This document shows, piece after piece, positions 1 to 11,288 of a stretch of DNA of 17,772 nt. Position 1 is the first letter of the stretch; the number at the start of each line of letters is the position of its first letter. The notes below the pieces were generated by a model. That model saw only the letters and a program-made list of their open reading frames with translations. It did no database searches and was not told where the DNA came from. The translations under genes and the position numbers were made by a program. Source of the stretch: Neisseria sp. HMSC065D04 (lineage in GTDB: Bacteria > Pseudomonadota > Gammaproteobacteria > Burkholderiales > Neisseriaceae); the NCBI RefSeq assembly GCF_001815675.1, contig NZ_KV821528.1, positions 5,926 through 23,697 of the forward strand, read 5' to 3'.

Positions 1-31
1 CCTTGTCCTGATTTAAATTTAATCCACTATA
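1..31. repeat. Correia repeat-enclosed element (CREE) terminus, truncated by the window edge
   Basis: The sequence ccttgtcctgatttaaatttaatccactata is the reverse complement of the recalled Correia terminal inverted repeat TATAGTGGATTAAATTTAAATCAGGACAAGG. Confidence 0.8.
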
Positions 32-165
32 CCGCGCTAAGGTGTGTCAGTACGTTGATCATCCGCAACGCCGAAGCGGCTGCCGTACCCCGGTAAACAC
101 AGTGATGCAGCAGAACAGTATGGGTTTTCGCGGATAAAGCCCGCGCTATGGTTTGCGCTTGGTCT

Positions 166-200
166 AAAGGTCGTCTGAAACGGTTTTCAGACGACCTTTT
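166..200. terminator. DUS inverted-pair hairpin, a bidirectional terminator downstream of ppc
   Basis: The arms aaaggtcgtctgaaa and tttcagacgaccttt are separated by a 3-5 nt loop and followed by a T-run. The hairpin sits 12 nt past the ppc stop. Confidence 0.8.
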
Positions 201-211
201 TTCGTACTGCC

Positions 212-2926
<2,715 letters not shown>

Positions 2927-3175
2927 TTATTTATCTTAAAAACAAACGTAAAACATTGTATAGCAGGTCGTCTGAAACCGCCATCGGAAAGGTGTTGCAA
3001 AACACCGAAACTTGATGTAACCCGCGTCCGCACAAGCCGAGCCGTTAATTCCTTAACAAAACCGCCTGTGCATTTCAGTTCGATTATTCTGCCGTTCGTA
3101 TCCGCAGCATAGTCCGAAGTGTAGAAATCCCGTAAAATACTGCGCCATAAAACCCTCTTTTCACGCAGGCACAGT

Positions 3176-3652
3176 ATGTTCAACTTCAATTCCGTACGCG
3201 AAAACGACAAACGCCAACCCACCATCCGCACCGCCGTGGCAAGCGGCTCCATCAACATGAGTACCTCCGCCATCAAAGTTTTGGCGGAAAACGCCACCCA
3301 AAACGCAGGCATCCTCAACGTCGCCCGTATCGCCGCCGTCCAAGGCATCAAGCAGGTCGGACTGCTTGTCCCGCTTTACCAGCCCCTCCCCCTGCAACAC
3401 GTCCGCGTCGATTTCGATGTCGATGTCGAACTCGCCTACGTCAAAGCCACCGTAACCGTTTCCTCTGAAGTCGGCAAAAGCATCACGACCGAAGCCGTCA
3501 CCGGCGTCAACATCGCCCTCATATCCATTTACGACATGATGAAAGAAGTCGACCAGTCCATGATGATGACCCGCATCCACCTCGAATCCGAAAGCGGCGG
3601 CGAACGCGGCCCGTTCGTATTCGACGATGCCTACGAAAACATCGAATTCTGA
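3176..3652 (+). CDS. MoaC-family (cyclic pyranopterin monophosphate synthase-like) protein, divergent
   Basis: The 158-aa length is typical of MoaC. It is colinear with recalled E. coli MoaC blocks: ARIAAVQGIKQ vs ARIAGIQAAKR, IYDMMKEV vs IYDMCKAV, SGGERGPF vs SGGKSGDF. The PLCHP motif reads PLYQP here. Confidence 0.75.
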   Translation: MFNFNSVRENDKRQPTIRTAVASGSINMSTSAIKVLAENATQNAGILNVARIAAVQGIKQVGLLVPLYQPLPLQHVRVDFDVDVELAYVKATVTVSSEVGKSITTEAVTGVNIALISIYDMMKEVDQSMMMTRIHLESESGGERGPFVFDDAYENIEF

Positions 3653-3663
3653 TTGAACAAAAA

Positions 3664-3705
3664 AAAGGTCGTCTGAAAACTGGTTTGAGGTTTCAGACGA
3701 CCTTT
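3664..3705. terminator. DUS inverted-pair hairpin downstream of the moaC-like gene
   Basis: The arms aaaggtcgtctgaaa and tttcagacgaccttt flank a 12-nt loop. Confidence 0.75.
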
Positions 3706-3859
3706 GGCATGAGGCATACGGATAGATACAACAGGGGGCAAACGTCGGGACGGCGTTGCCCGTCTTGCTTCTAGCAGGTGGTTGCCCAGTCGTGACAATA
3801 CCGAGAAACCCGCTCCGTTTTGCCCTTTCATCCGCGATACAACATTCAGACGACCCATC

Positions 3860-4615
3860 ATGAACGACCACCAACTGCTCCGTTACAGCCGCCACATCCT
3901 TCTCGACGAAATCGGTATCGAAGGGCAGGAAAAAATCCTTGCCGCCAGCGTCCTCGTCGTCGGCTGCGGCGGACTGGGTGCGGCAGCCCTCCCGTATCTT
4001 GCCGCATCAGGCGTCGGCAAACTCATCATCGCCGACCATGACACCATAGATGATACCAACCTCCAACGCCAAACCGCCTTCACCGAAGCCGATATCGGAC
4101 AAGCCAAAGCGCAAGTAATGGCAGGTCGTCTGAAAGCCGTCAACAGCGCGTGCGACATTACCGCCCTGAACGAAAAGCTGGACGAAGCCCGCCTGACCGA
4201 ACTCATGCGTACCGCCGACATCGTCCTCGACTGCACCGACAACTACCCCACCCGCCAAGCCATCAACCGCGCCGCCGTTGCCACCCGTACCCCGCTGGTT
4301 TCCGGTGCCGCCGTGCGTTTTGAAGGACAAATCGCCGTGTACCGCTCCGACTTGCCCGACAGTCCTTGCTATGCCTGCCTGTTTGACGGCGACACCGCCG
4401 ACGACGGCGCCTGCGCCCTGTTCGGCGTATTTTCCCCGCTGGTCGGCATCATCGGCGCCACCCAAGCAGCAGAAGCCCTCAAAATCCTCACCGGCGCAGG
4501 CGAACCGGCACACGGCAAACTGACGACCTACAACGCCCTCACCGCCAAATGGCAGACATTCCGCGTCCACAAAAATCCGGATTGCGGTGTATGCGGCAAA
4601 CCGTATCGACCCTAG
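3860..4615 (+). CDS. moeB: MoeB/ThiF-family adenylyltransferase (E1-like)
   Basis: I place the start at the internal ATG at 3860 (MNDHQLLRYSRHILL), giving 251 aa, the family-typical length. It has the Rossmann motif VVGCGGLGAAA, the block PLVSGAAVRFEGQIAVY (closest to recalled MoeB), and zinc motifs CYAC and CGVCG. The listed ORF start at 3782 adds a non-homologous 26-aa leader that crosses a DUS. Confidence 0.88.
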   Translation: MNDHQLLRYSRHILLDEIGIEGQEKILAASVLVVGCGGLGAAALPYLAASGVGKLIIADHDTIDDTNLQRQTAFTEADIGQAKAQVMAGRLKAVNSACDITALNEKLDEARLTELMRTADIVLDCTDNYPTRQAINRAAVATRTPLVSGAAVRFEGQIAVYRSDLPDSPCYACLFDGDTADDGACALFGVFSPLVGIIGATQAAEALKILTGAGEPAHGKLTTYNALTAKWQTFRVHKNPDCGVCGKPYRP

Positions 4616-4689
4616 AGCGACAGTTCGTTAAAAGTGATAAAAGATAGGGAAACCAAGTTTCAGACGACCTTTGTTATTATCAAGAACAA

Positions 4690-5178
4690 TTAAGAGACCT
4701 CGTATATAGTCACACAAGGGATGCCTGCAAATTCAGCAATTTTCTTGCACAAGCTGCTAGATGACACTTCGCCAACACCCGGGAAAACAACAGCAAAATC
4801 GGAATAAGCCATATCGGCATCAGTGGTATCCGACGGTAAAAAGCGATAATACAAATCTTCAGTTCCACAAACAGAACAAGTGAGATAGCCACCTTCGTCA
4901 TCAAAATCAAACGAAGGCAATAGGTCTTCTATATCCATCTCCTCACCTTGAGCATAATGTTGACTGTAATGCGGACAAACAAGCTCGCCTTTTCCAAAGT
5001 TTTCCAAAGCAGTGAACAGCGTCGGCTCATCTTCAATCTGAAAGTAGATGCCGCGGGAATATCGGGCATTTTTTTCACCTACAAATTCAATAATTCCTTT
5101 GTTGGTAAACGTATAACCTAGTTCTCCATAATAAAAAACTTCTTGCAACTCAGGATAAATCCAACCTTGCTCCAGCAT
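4690..5178 (-). CDS. Hypothetical acidic protein (orphan), probably the 3' part of a frameshifted 190-aa gene that starts at 5261
   Basis: The listed ORF is 162 aa in a low-GC segment bracketed by DUS copies. There is no SD sequence before the ATG at 5178. A well-placed SD plus ATG lies at 5261 in the -1 related frame, and the two frames meet in an A7 tract at 5207-5213. CPH and CSVC motifs suggest a possible zinc site. Confidence 0.6.
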   Translation of the reverse strand: MLEQGWIYPELQEVFYYGELGYTFTNKGIIEFVGEKNARYSRGIYFQIEDEPTLFTALENFGKGELVCPHYSQHYAQGEEMDIEDLLPSFDFDDEGGYLTCSVCGTEDLYYRFLPSDTTDADMAYSDFAVVFPGVGEVSSSSLCKKIAEFAGIPCVTIYEVS

Positions 5179-5276
5179 ATAATTTCGGATCTGTTCTGCA
5201 AGCTCCTTTTTTTCTTCCCTACGGGAGATACAGGAACTATATAGTAGCGATGATCAGACATTTTTTTCCTTTCTAA

Positions 5277-5311
5277 AAAGGTCGTCTGAAACCCATTTTC
5301 AGACGACCTTT
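5277..5311. terminator. DUS inverted-pair hairpin downstream of valS
   Basis: The arms aaaggtcgtctgaaa and tttcagacgaccttt flank a 5-nt loop, 17 nt past the valS stop. Confidence 0.8.
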
Positions 5312-5327
5312 CCGTTTCTTCAACCTA

Positions 5328-8255
5328 TCAGTCTTTCAACTTCGCCAACTGATTTTGAACTTTCGCCATTTTGTCTTCCAACTCCGCCAAATCGGCTTTG
5401 TCTTTTTCCACCAGATGCGCGGGGGCTTTTTCGGTGTAGCCGGGTTTGGAGAGTTTGGCGTTGAGTTTGTCCAAGGCTTTTTGCAGCTTCTCGGCTTCTT
5501 TGCTCAAGCGGGCGGTTTCGGCGGCTTTGTCGATTTCGACTTTCAGCATCAGGCGTGCGCCGTTGCAGACGGCGACAGGTGCGTCTTCGCTTTCGGGCAG
5601 GGCGGCGACTTGCTGTGCTTCGGTCAGGCGGGTCATCATCGGCAGGTATTTGAGGTAGTCCGCTAGGTCGTCCGCGCTTTCGACAAACAGCGGGGCTTTC
5701 ACGTTGGGCTGGATGCCCATTTCGCCGCGCAGGTTGCGGACGGCGCCGATCAAATCCTGCAACACGGTCATTTGCTCGAAGGTCGTCTGAACGATTTGTT
5801 CGCGGTCGGCTTCGGGGAAGCGGGCGAGCATGATGCTGTCGGCGGTTTTGGCATCGCACATGGGGGCGACGGTTTGCCACAATTCTTCGGTGATGAACGG
5901 GATAATCGGATGCAGCAGGCGCAGGGCGGCTTCGAGTACGCGCAATAAGGTATGGCGTGTGGCGCGTTGGCGGCTGGCGCAGCCGGTTTGGAGCTGTACT
6001 TTGGCGAGTTCCAGATACCAGTCGCAATAGTCGTTCCACACGAAGCTGTACAGGGTTTCCGCTGCTAAATCAAAGCGGTAGGTTTCGTAGGCTTGCGTTA
6101 CTTGCTCAATGGTCTGATTCAGACGACCTATGATCCACATATCGGGGAAGGAGTAGCCACGCGGCTCGGTGGCGGTGGCGGTTGCGCCGTAGCCGCAGTC
6201 TTGGTTTTCGGTGTTCATCAAGACGAAGTTGGTGGCGTTCCAGATTTTGTTGCAGAAGTTGCGGTAGCCTTCGGCGCGTTTGAAGTCGAAGTTCACGCTG
6301 CGGCCCAAGCTGGCGTAACTCGCCATGGTGAAGCGCAATGCGTCCGCGCCCATGCTGGGGATGCCTTCGGGGAAGAGTTTTTTCGTGGCTTCTTCCACTT
6401 TCGGCGCGGTTTCGGGTTTGCGCAGACCGGTCGTGCGTTTCACCAGCAGCTTGTCCAAGTCGATGCCGTCAATCAAATCCACGGGATCGATGACGTTACC
6501 TTCTGATTTGGACATTTTTTTGCCTTCGTGGTCGCGCACGATGCCGTGGATGTACACATCTTTAAACGGTACTTTGCCGGTGAAGTGGGTGGTCATCATA
6601 ATCATGCGCGCCACCCAGAAGAAGATGATTTCGTAGCCGGTGACCAAGACGTTGGACGGCAGGAAGGCTTTGAGTTCGTCGGTTTCAGACGGCCAGCCGA
6701 GCGTAGAGAACGGCACGAGCGCGGAGGAGAACCATGTGTCCAATACGTCTTCTTCGCGGGTCAAACCGGTTTTGCCGGCTTGTTTTTCGGCTTCCGCCTG
6801 ATTGCGGGCGACGTAAACATTGCCTGCTTCGTCGTACCACGCGGGGATTTGATGCCCCCACCACAGTTGGCGCGAGATACACCAGTCTTGGATGTTGTTC
6901 ATCCATTGGTTGTAGGTGTTGACCCAGTTTTCAGGGATAAAGCGTACCGCGCCGCTGTCGACGGCTTTTTGGGCTTTTTCGGCGAGACTCAAGCCTTTGA
7001 ATTCGCTGTCAGGCTCAGGAAATAGTGGCTGACTGCGGAAAGTTATTTGACCACTACCATTTTCATGCATTTGGTTAATACGATCCATGCTAACCTTATC
7101 CAATTGGTTTGGTTTACCCTTCATAGAGACAAACCATTGGCTGGTCAGCATCGGTTCAATCACCGAACCTGTGCGGTCGCCTTTCGGCGTCATCAGCGTG
7201 TGCGCTTTGATTTCGACCAACAAGCCTTGTTCCTGCAAATCTGCAACCATTTGTTTACGCGCGGCAAAGCGGTCCAAGCCTGCGTATTTTTCAGGCAGGG
7301 CAAAGCCTTGTTGCGCTTCGCCTTTGAAGTTGAACACTTCGGCGTTTGCCAGCACTTTGGCTTCCAAGTCGAACACGTTAATCAGGCGCGTGTCGTGGCG
7401 TTTGCCGACTTCGTAGTCGTTGAAGTCGTGCGCAGGCGTGATTTTCACGCAGCCTGTGCCAAAGTCTTTTTCAACGTATTCGTCGGCAATCACGGGGATG
7501 GTGCGGCCGGTCAGCGGTAGGATTAATTCTTTACCAATCAAATGGGTGTAACGTTCGTCTTCGGGATTGACGGCAACGGCCACGTCGCCCAGCAGCGTTT
7601 CGGGACGGGTAGTCGCTACGATAACGGCTTCGGCGGGATTGTCCGCCAGCGGATAGCGGATGTGCCACATAGAGCCTTGTTCTTCCACGCTTTCCACTTC
7701 CAAATCCGACACCGCCGTACCCAATACGGGATCCCAGTTCACCAAGCGTTTGCCGCGGTAAATCAAGCCCTGTTCATACAGGCGCACGAACACTTCGGTC
7801 ACGGTTTCGGCGCGCACGTCGTCCATCGTGAAATACTCGCGCGTCCAGTCTGCGGAACAGCCCACGCGGCGCATCTGCTGCGTAATCGTGCCGCCGGAAA
7901 CTTCTTTCCATTCCCACACTTTTTCCAAGAATTTTTCGCGGCCCAAGTCATGACGGGACACATTTTGCGCGGCAAGCTGACGCTCGACCACGATTTGCGT
8001 GGCGATGCCCGCGTGGTCGGTGCCGGGAATCCAAGCGGTGTTGCAGCCTTTCATGCGGTAGTAGCGGGTCAGACCGTCCATAATGGTTTGGTTGAAGGCA
8101 TGGCCCATGTGCAGCGTACCGGTTACGTTGGGCGGCGGCAGTTGGATGGAAAAAGACGGTTTGGTCAAATCCATATCGGGCTGGAAATAACCTTGGGTTT
8201 CCCAGTTTTGATAGTGTTTGGATTCGATTTCGGCGGGATTGTATTTGTCTAACAT
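5328..8255 (-). CDS. valS: Valine--tRNA ligase
   Basis: The ORF is 975 aa with class I motifs HMGH (TLHMGHA) and KMSKS, and the ValRS block [18 protein letters not shown]. The C-terminus is a coiled coil. Confidence 0.98.
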   Translation of the reverse strand: MLDKYNPAEIESKHYQNWETQGYFQPDMDLTKPSFSIQLPPPNVTGTLHMGHAFNQTIMDGLTRYYRMKGCNTAWIPGTDHAGIATQIVVERQLAAQNVSRHDLGREKFLEKVWEWKEVSGGTITQQMRRVGCSADWTREYFTMDDVRAETVTEVFVRLYEQGLIYRGKRLVNWDPVLGTAVSDLEVESVEEQGSMWHIRYPLADNPAEAVIVATTRPETLLGDVAVAVNPEDERYTHLIGKELILPLTGRTIPVIADEYVEKDFGTGCVKITPAHDFNDYEVGKRHDTRLINVFDLEAKVLANAEVFNFKGEAQQGFALPEKYAGLDRFAARKQMVADLQEQGLLVEIKAHTLMTPKGDRTGSVIEPMLTSQWFVSMKGKPNQLDKVSMDRINQMHENGSGQITFRSQPLFPEPDSEFKGLSLAEKAQKAVDSGAVRFIPENWVNTYNQWMNNIQDWCISRQLWWGHQIPAWYDEAGNVYVARNQAEAEKQAGKTGLTREEDVLDTWFSSALVPFSTLGWPSETDELKAFLPSNVLVTGYEIIFFWVARMIMMTTHFTGKVPFKDVYIHGIVRDHEGKKMSKSEGNVIDPVDLIDGIDLDKLLVKRTTGLRKPETAPKVEEATKKLFPEGIPSMGADALRFTMASYASLGRSVNFDFKRAEGYRNFCNKIWNATNFVLMNTENQDCGYGATATATEPRGYSFPDMWIIGRLNQTIEQVTQAYETYRFDLAAETLYSFVWNDYCDWYLELAKVQLQTGCASRQRATRHTLLRVLEAALRLLHPIIPFITEELWQTVAPMCDAKTADSIMLARFPEADREQIVQTTFEQMTVLQDLIGAVRNLRGEMGIQPNVKAPLFVESADDLADYLKYLPMMTRLTEAQQVAALPESEDAPVAVCNGARLMLKVEIDKAAETARLSKEAEKLQKALDKLNAKLSKPGYTEKAPAHLVEKDKADLAELEDKMAKVQNQLAKLKD

Positions 8256-8317
8256 GGTAAAAAATGCTGTCTGTAAAAGGGTTTGCGGGCAAACGTCTGT
8301 TTAAAAAATAATTGCGG

Positions 8318-8323
8318 ATTATA
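8318..8323 (-). promoter_or_regulatory. Candidate -10 hexamer TATAAT for valS
   Basis: The minus strand reads gcgcTATAATccgc about 60 nt upstream of the valS ATG. No convincing -35 was found. Confidence 0.3.
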
Positions 8324-8329
8324 GCGCAA

Positions 8330-8369
8330 AAAGGTCGTCTGAAACGGAATATCGTTTCAGACGACCTTT
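8330..8369. terminator. DUS inverted-pair hairpin downstream of the HTH regulator gene
   Basis: The arms aaaggtcgtctgaaacg and cgtttcagacgaccttt flank a 6-nt loop and are followed by a T-run. Confidence 0.75.
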
Positions 8370-8390
8370 TTGAAACAAATCGAAACGGGC

Positions 8391-8684
8391 TTATTTGCCT
8401 TTATCGGATTTAGCTTCTTTCTTCAGGGAAGCGTACAACTCAGGGTCGCGGTTTTTCAGCAGGGAGGCAATCGCCAAATCGTCGCGGTTTACTTTTGCCA
8501 AGTCAACGCGTTCGATGTGTACCAAGCGCAGCAGCTCGCGTACAGGTTTGGGCATATTGCGGCCGGACTCGTAACGTGAACCACCGGATTGGGTTACGCC
8601 GATACGGCTCCAAAAGTCCATTTGGTTCAAACCGAGTTTTTTGCGGATATCGCGGATGTTGTCAATTTTCTCAAACGACTTCAT
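8391..8684 (-). CDS. XRE-family helix-turn-helix transcriptional regulator (97 aa)
   Basis: I place the start at the internal ATG at 8684 (MKSFEKIDNIRDIRKKLGLNQ), which is preceded by AAGGA. The HTH_XRE-like core is LGLNQMDFWSRIGVTQSGGSRYESGRNMP. The listed start at 8771 adds 29 aa with no SD. Confidence 0.8.
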   Translation of the reverse strand: MKSFEKIDNIRDIRKKLGLNQMDFWSRIGVTQSGGSRYESGRNMPKPVRELLRLVHIERVDLAKVNRDDLAIASLLKNRDPELYASLKKEAKSDKGK

Positions 8685-9134
8685 GAAAATTCCTTTTTCT
8701 TCTGTATTGTTTGTTGATAAGCAATTCTGCTTCTTCACATTGGGAAAGTGCAAATTAGTTTTCGGCAGCAAAGTTCCTTACAGGGGAAATCATTAATTGC
8801 GACATAGAAAACTATCTATACTGAATTGTTAGACAGTATATTCGAAAGAAGTTTTGTAGAATTCTTCATAAATTGGCTAAATATTTCCAAGTTAAATATT
8901 TTATAGAAGAAAAAACATTTAAAACAATAGGATAGTAATTGGGCATCGGTAATATTTTACACAAATAAACAGTCGTTTCGGGAATGTTGCGTTTGACATT
9001 ATTTATTATACATAATTGTTTTGCATGAAATTATGGAGAAAGTGCAGTGGAGATGGGCAGATTTGTCTATATCTCAGCCCGATGTTTAGATCTGGATTGG
9101 GTAGTCGGGAATGGTTTTGATAGGGGCAATTTAA

Positions 9135-9199
9135 AAAGGTCGTCTGAAAACGAGGTTTGTGGGTTTCGCCAACAACCTTGTTTATATTTCAGACGACCT
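9135..9199. repeat. Long imperfect DUS inverted repeat whose right arm ends at the prophage left junction
   Basis: The left arm aaaggtcgtctgaaaa at 9135-9150 and the right arm ttcagacgacct at 9188-9199 are about 38 nt apart. The spacer contains an inner aggtt/aacct pairing. Confidence 0.6.
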
Positions 9200-9300
9200 T
9201 ATATATTGCCACCAGAAAGGGACGGCTAACAATACTTAACGCACTTTTACTTTGAAAGTAATAGGGCTTTTTTATTGCCCGTCGTTTAAGGGATACCGCC

Positions 9301-10638
9301 ATGAAAGACAAAATGGAAGATATCAAGAAAGCGTTTGCCGCCGACATGGCGGACGCGCCAGCGGACGGCAAGGCGGCGGCAGACGCTTCAAATCCTCCCC
9401 CCTTATCTAACAGGGGGGGAGCAGAAAACGCAGGGGCTTTGTCGGTCGAGCACGAGGAATTTGAAAAATATTCAACATTCATTACAGATGGAAAAGGCCG
9501 TCTGATTGAAGTCCCTTTGCGTCGCGGTGTCGCAAATTCCGCCTTTATCGACCAAATCAGTTTTTCCGTTCATGAAGACACATTGTGCCTTTATGCCAAA
9601 ACACCGCTTTTTGGCAATGACGAGTTCATTCGTTACGCATCTTTGGCAATGACCGAAATATTCGGTTTTGGCATTGTTGAAAAAGCAAAACACAGTGGCG
9701 GACGTTTTTATGAGGAATGCTGGCTCATGGGAACGGATTCGGCTCAATACGGACGCGTTCATTTTGGCGGCCAAAACAATACGATGTTGTTCGAACTGAC
9801 TGCAACGGGTTGCAATGCCGCTCTGACAGGTTGGGAAGTTCGTTTGTATGAATTTATCCAAAAGGCCATACGTCCGAAGATTACCCGTGTCGATATAGCA
9901 AAAGATTTTTTCAACGGCGAATACTCGCCAGAGCAGGCAAAAGCAGACCGTTTGTCGGGTCTGTTTACGAATCATCACATGATGCCGTGTGGTGAATCGG
10001 TTGGCACCGATTGGGAAGAAGCAGACGAATCTAAGCAGGTTAAAGGAAAAACCTACTATGTCGGTTCTCGTGAATCGTCTAAATACGTGCGCGTGTATGA
10101 AAAAGGCAAGCAATTAGGCGATAAATCAAGTAATTGGACTCGCTTTGAAATCGAATTCAAAGCCAAAGATATTGTGATTCCATTTGAAGTACTGACCGTG
10201 CCGGGCGAATACTTTGGTGGAGCGTATCCGATTTGCAGGCAGTTTCAAGAAAAAGCCGAACGCATTGAAACCGTTAAAAAATCGTTCCTGCTTACTTTTG
10301 AGCGCGGCCTTGAGTGCGCAAAAAACCAAGTCGGCAGAATGTTGAACGCCATTATTTCGCGTTTTCCTGAAAAAACAGACAGCGAAATACTGGCAATGCT
10401 GAAACCCGACCATGACAAGTTGCCGAAACGTCTTTCTCCTGAAGTGTACGCTGTCGAATACAACCAAGCCCCTGCCGTACATGAACGTGAAGACCTTTCG
10501 TCGGAAAACCTGCTTTTGCATATGGGCGTTATAGAAATGCGCGTGGACAAACGGGAAAAGTTGCAAGAAGAAATCCAGCGTCGTGAAGATGAAGAATGGG
10601 CATGGCGTGAATTACATGGTTTGAACTGGGCATTTTAA
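9301..10638 (+). CDS. Rolling-circle replication initiator, Rep_trans (RstA/gpII-like) family
   Basis: The ORF is 445 aa with family-like blocks GGQNNTMLFELTATGC, RVDIAKDF, YYVGSRESSKYVRVYEKG and WTRFEIEFK. It is the first gene after the left end, as in Nf/CTX-type phages. Confidence 0.85.
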   Translation: MKDKMEDIKKAFAADMADAPADGKAAADASNPPPLSNRGGAENAGALSVEHEEFEKYSTFITDGKGRLIEVPLRRGVANSAFIDQISFSVHEDTLCLYAKTPLFGNDEFIRYASLAMTEIFGFGIVEKAKHSGGRFYEECWLMGTDSAQYGRVHFGGQNNTMLFELTATGCNAALTGWEVRLYEFIQKAIRPKITRVDIAKDFFNGEYSPEQAKADRLSGLFTNHHMMPCGESVGTDWEEADESKQVKGKTYYVGSRESSKYVRVYEKGKQLGDKSSNWTRFEIEFKAKDIVIPFEVLTVPGEYFGGAYPICRQFQEKAERIETVKKSFLLTFERGLECAKNQVGRMLNAIISRFPEKTDSEILAMLKPDHDKLPKRLSPEVYAVEYNQAPAVHEREDLSSENLLLHMGVIEMRVDKREKLQEEIQRREDEEWAWRELHGLNWAF

Positions 10639-10639
10639 A

Positions 10640-10658
10640 AGGCAAAACGTCGTTGCCT
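10640..10658 (+). promoter_or_regulatory. Small hairpin between rep and the next ORF, a possible attenuator
   Basis: The stem aggcaa/ttgcct has 6 bp and a 7-nt loop. Confidence 0.25.
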
Positions 10659-10692
10659 GTGAATACGGCGTATTTAAACAAGGAAATTAAAA

Positions 10693-10989
10693 ATGAATAT
10701 CCAACTTCAAGGACAAATCGTAGGCGTCAAAAAATTCAACGGACAAATTGAAGGTAAGAACTTCGACTATTGCCGCCTGATTGTCGCCACACCTTTAGAC
10801 AGCTCCCAAGGCAACGCACTGGGCAGCTCTACCACGGAATACGACTTCGGAACATCTGCCAACTTTGAGCAGTTCCGAAACGCCCAATTCCCGATCGAAG
10901 CAAACCTGAACGTAGAAATAGTTACTACAGGTAAAACGCAAAAACTGAAAGTCATCGGCTTCCAAGCCAAACAACAGTCCAAAGGTTAA
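10693..10989 (+). CDS. Phage protein, putative ssDNA-binding protein (gpV position)
   Basis: The ORF is 98 aa with an AAGGAA SD. Size and position immediately after rep match the gpV slot. The function is assigned by position only. Confidence 0.6.
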   Translation: MNIQLQGQIVGVKKFNGQIEGKNFDYCRLIVATPLDSSQGNALGSSTTEYDFGTSANFEQFRNAQFPIEANLNVEIVTTGKTQKLKVIGFQAKQQSKG

Positions 10990-10994
10990 AAGAA

Positions 10995-11192
10995 ATGGCA
11001 ATTTCCCATGTTTATGTAGTTCAGTCTCGGGAAACGGGGGACTTCCTATACCCGTCTGATACGGGTGATGTGGGACATACGCCGTTTGTAAACGAAGCCG
11101 GGTATTTTTACGAACGTGAAGAAGCAATAGAAACCGCATTGGAAGAAATTGGACAGAACTTCATCGTATTCGGCTTCATGGTCGAAATCTGA
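10995..11192 (+). CDS. Phage hypothetical protein (65 aa)
   Basis: It is tightly packed, starting 5 nt after the previous stop, has an SD-like AAAGG, and its codon usage resembles its neighbours. Confidence 0.55.
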   Translation: MAISHVYVVQSRETGDFLYPSDTGDVGHTPFVNEAGYFYEREEAIETALEEIGQNFIVFGFMVEI

Positions 11193-11205
11193 AAAATTTG
11201 AATGA

Positions 11206-11229
11206 TTCAGACTCGGCGGGCGGTCTGAA
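11206..11229 (+). promoter_or_regulatory. Hairpin upstream of the major coat gene, a possible attenuator or processing site
   Basis: The stem ttcagac/gtctgaa has 7 bp and a 10-nt loop. It is a DUS-core-like palindrome. Confidence 0.3.
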
Positions 11230-11288
11230 AAACCCTTTCATAAAGCTCGCAAAACCAAATTTATCAACATTTCGTAAAGGAAAACAAA

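Noticed and set aside
3161-3895. A 244-aa minus-strand ORF antisense to the moaC-like gene that spans a DUS terminator.
   Set aside because: It crosses the 3664-3705 hairpin and the intergenic region, has low-complexity composition, and lies opposite a gene with family-level similarity.
8993-9016. A perfect TTGACA -35 hexamer in the AT-rich spacer.
   Set aside because: No -10-like hexamer lies at 16-18 nt spacing; CATAAT is only 12 nt away. In DNA this AT-rich, isolated hexamer matches are expected by chance.
8976-9113. GGGAAT half-sites at 8981-8986 and 9108-9113, and ATTCCC in the 16723-16752 hairpin loop, considered as possible dRS3 (ATTCCC-N8-GGGAAT) phage attachment repeats.
   Set aside because: No complete dRS3 is present, and the half-sites are not at the junctions defined by the CT duplication. 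They may still be operator-like repeats.
9047-9229. A 60-aa plus-strand ORF in the AT-rich spacer, plus shorter ATG ORFs at 9025 and 9033.
   Set aside because: The 60-aa ORF crosses the DUS inverted repeat and the prophage junction and has a non-ATG start. The short ones (18-31 aa) lack SD sequences.
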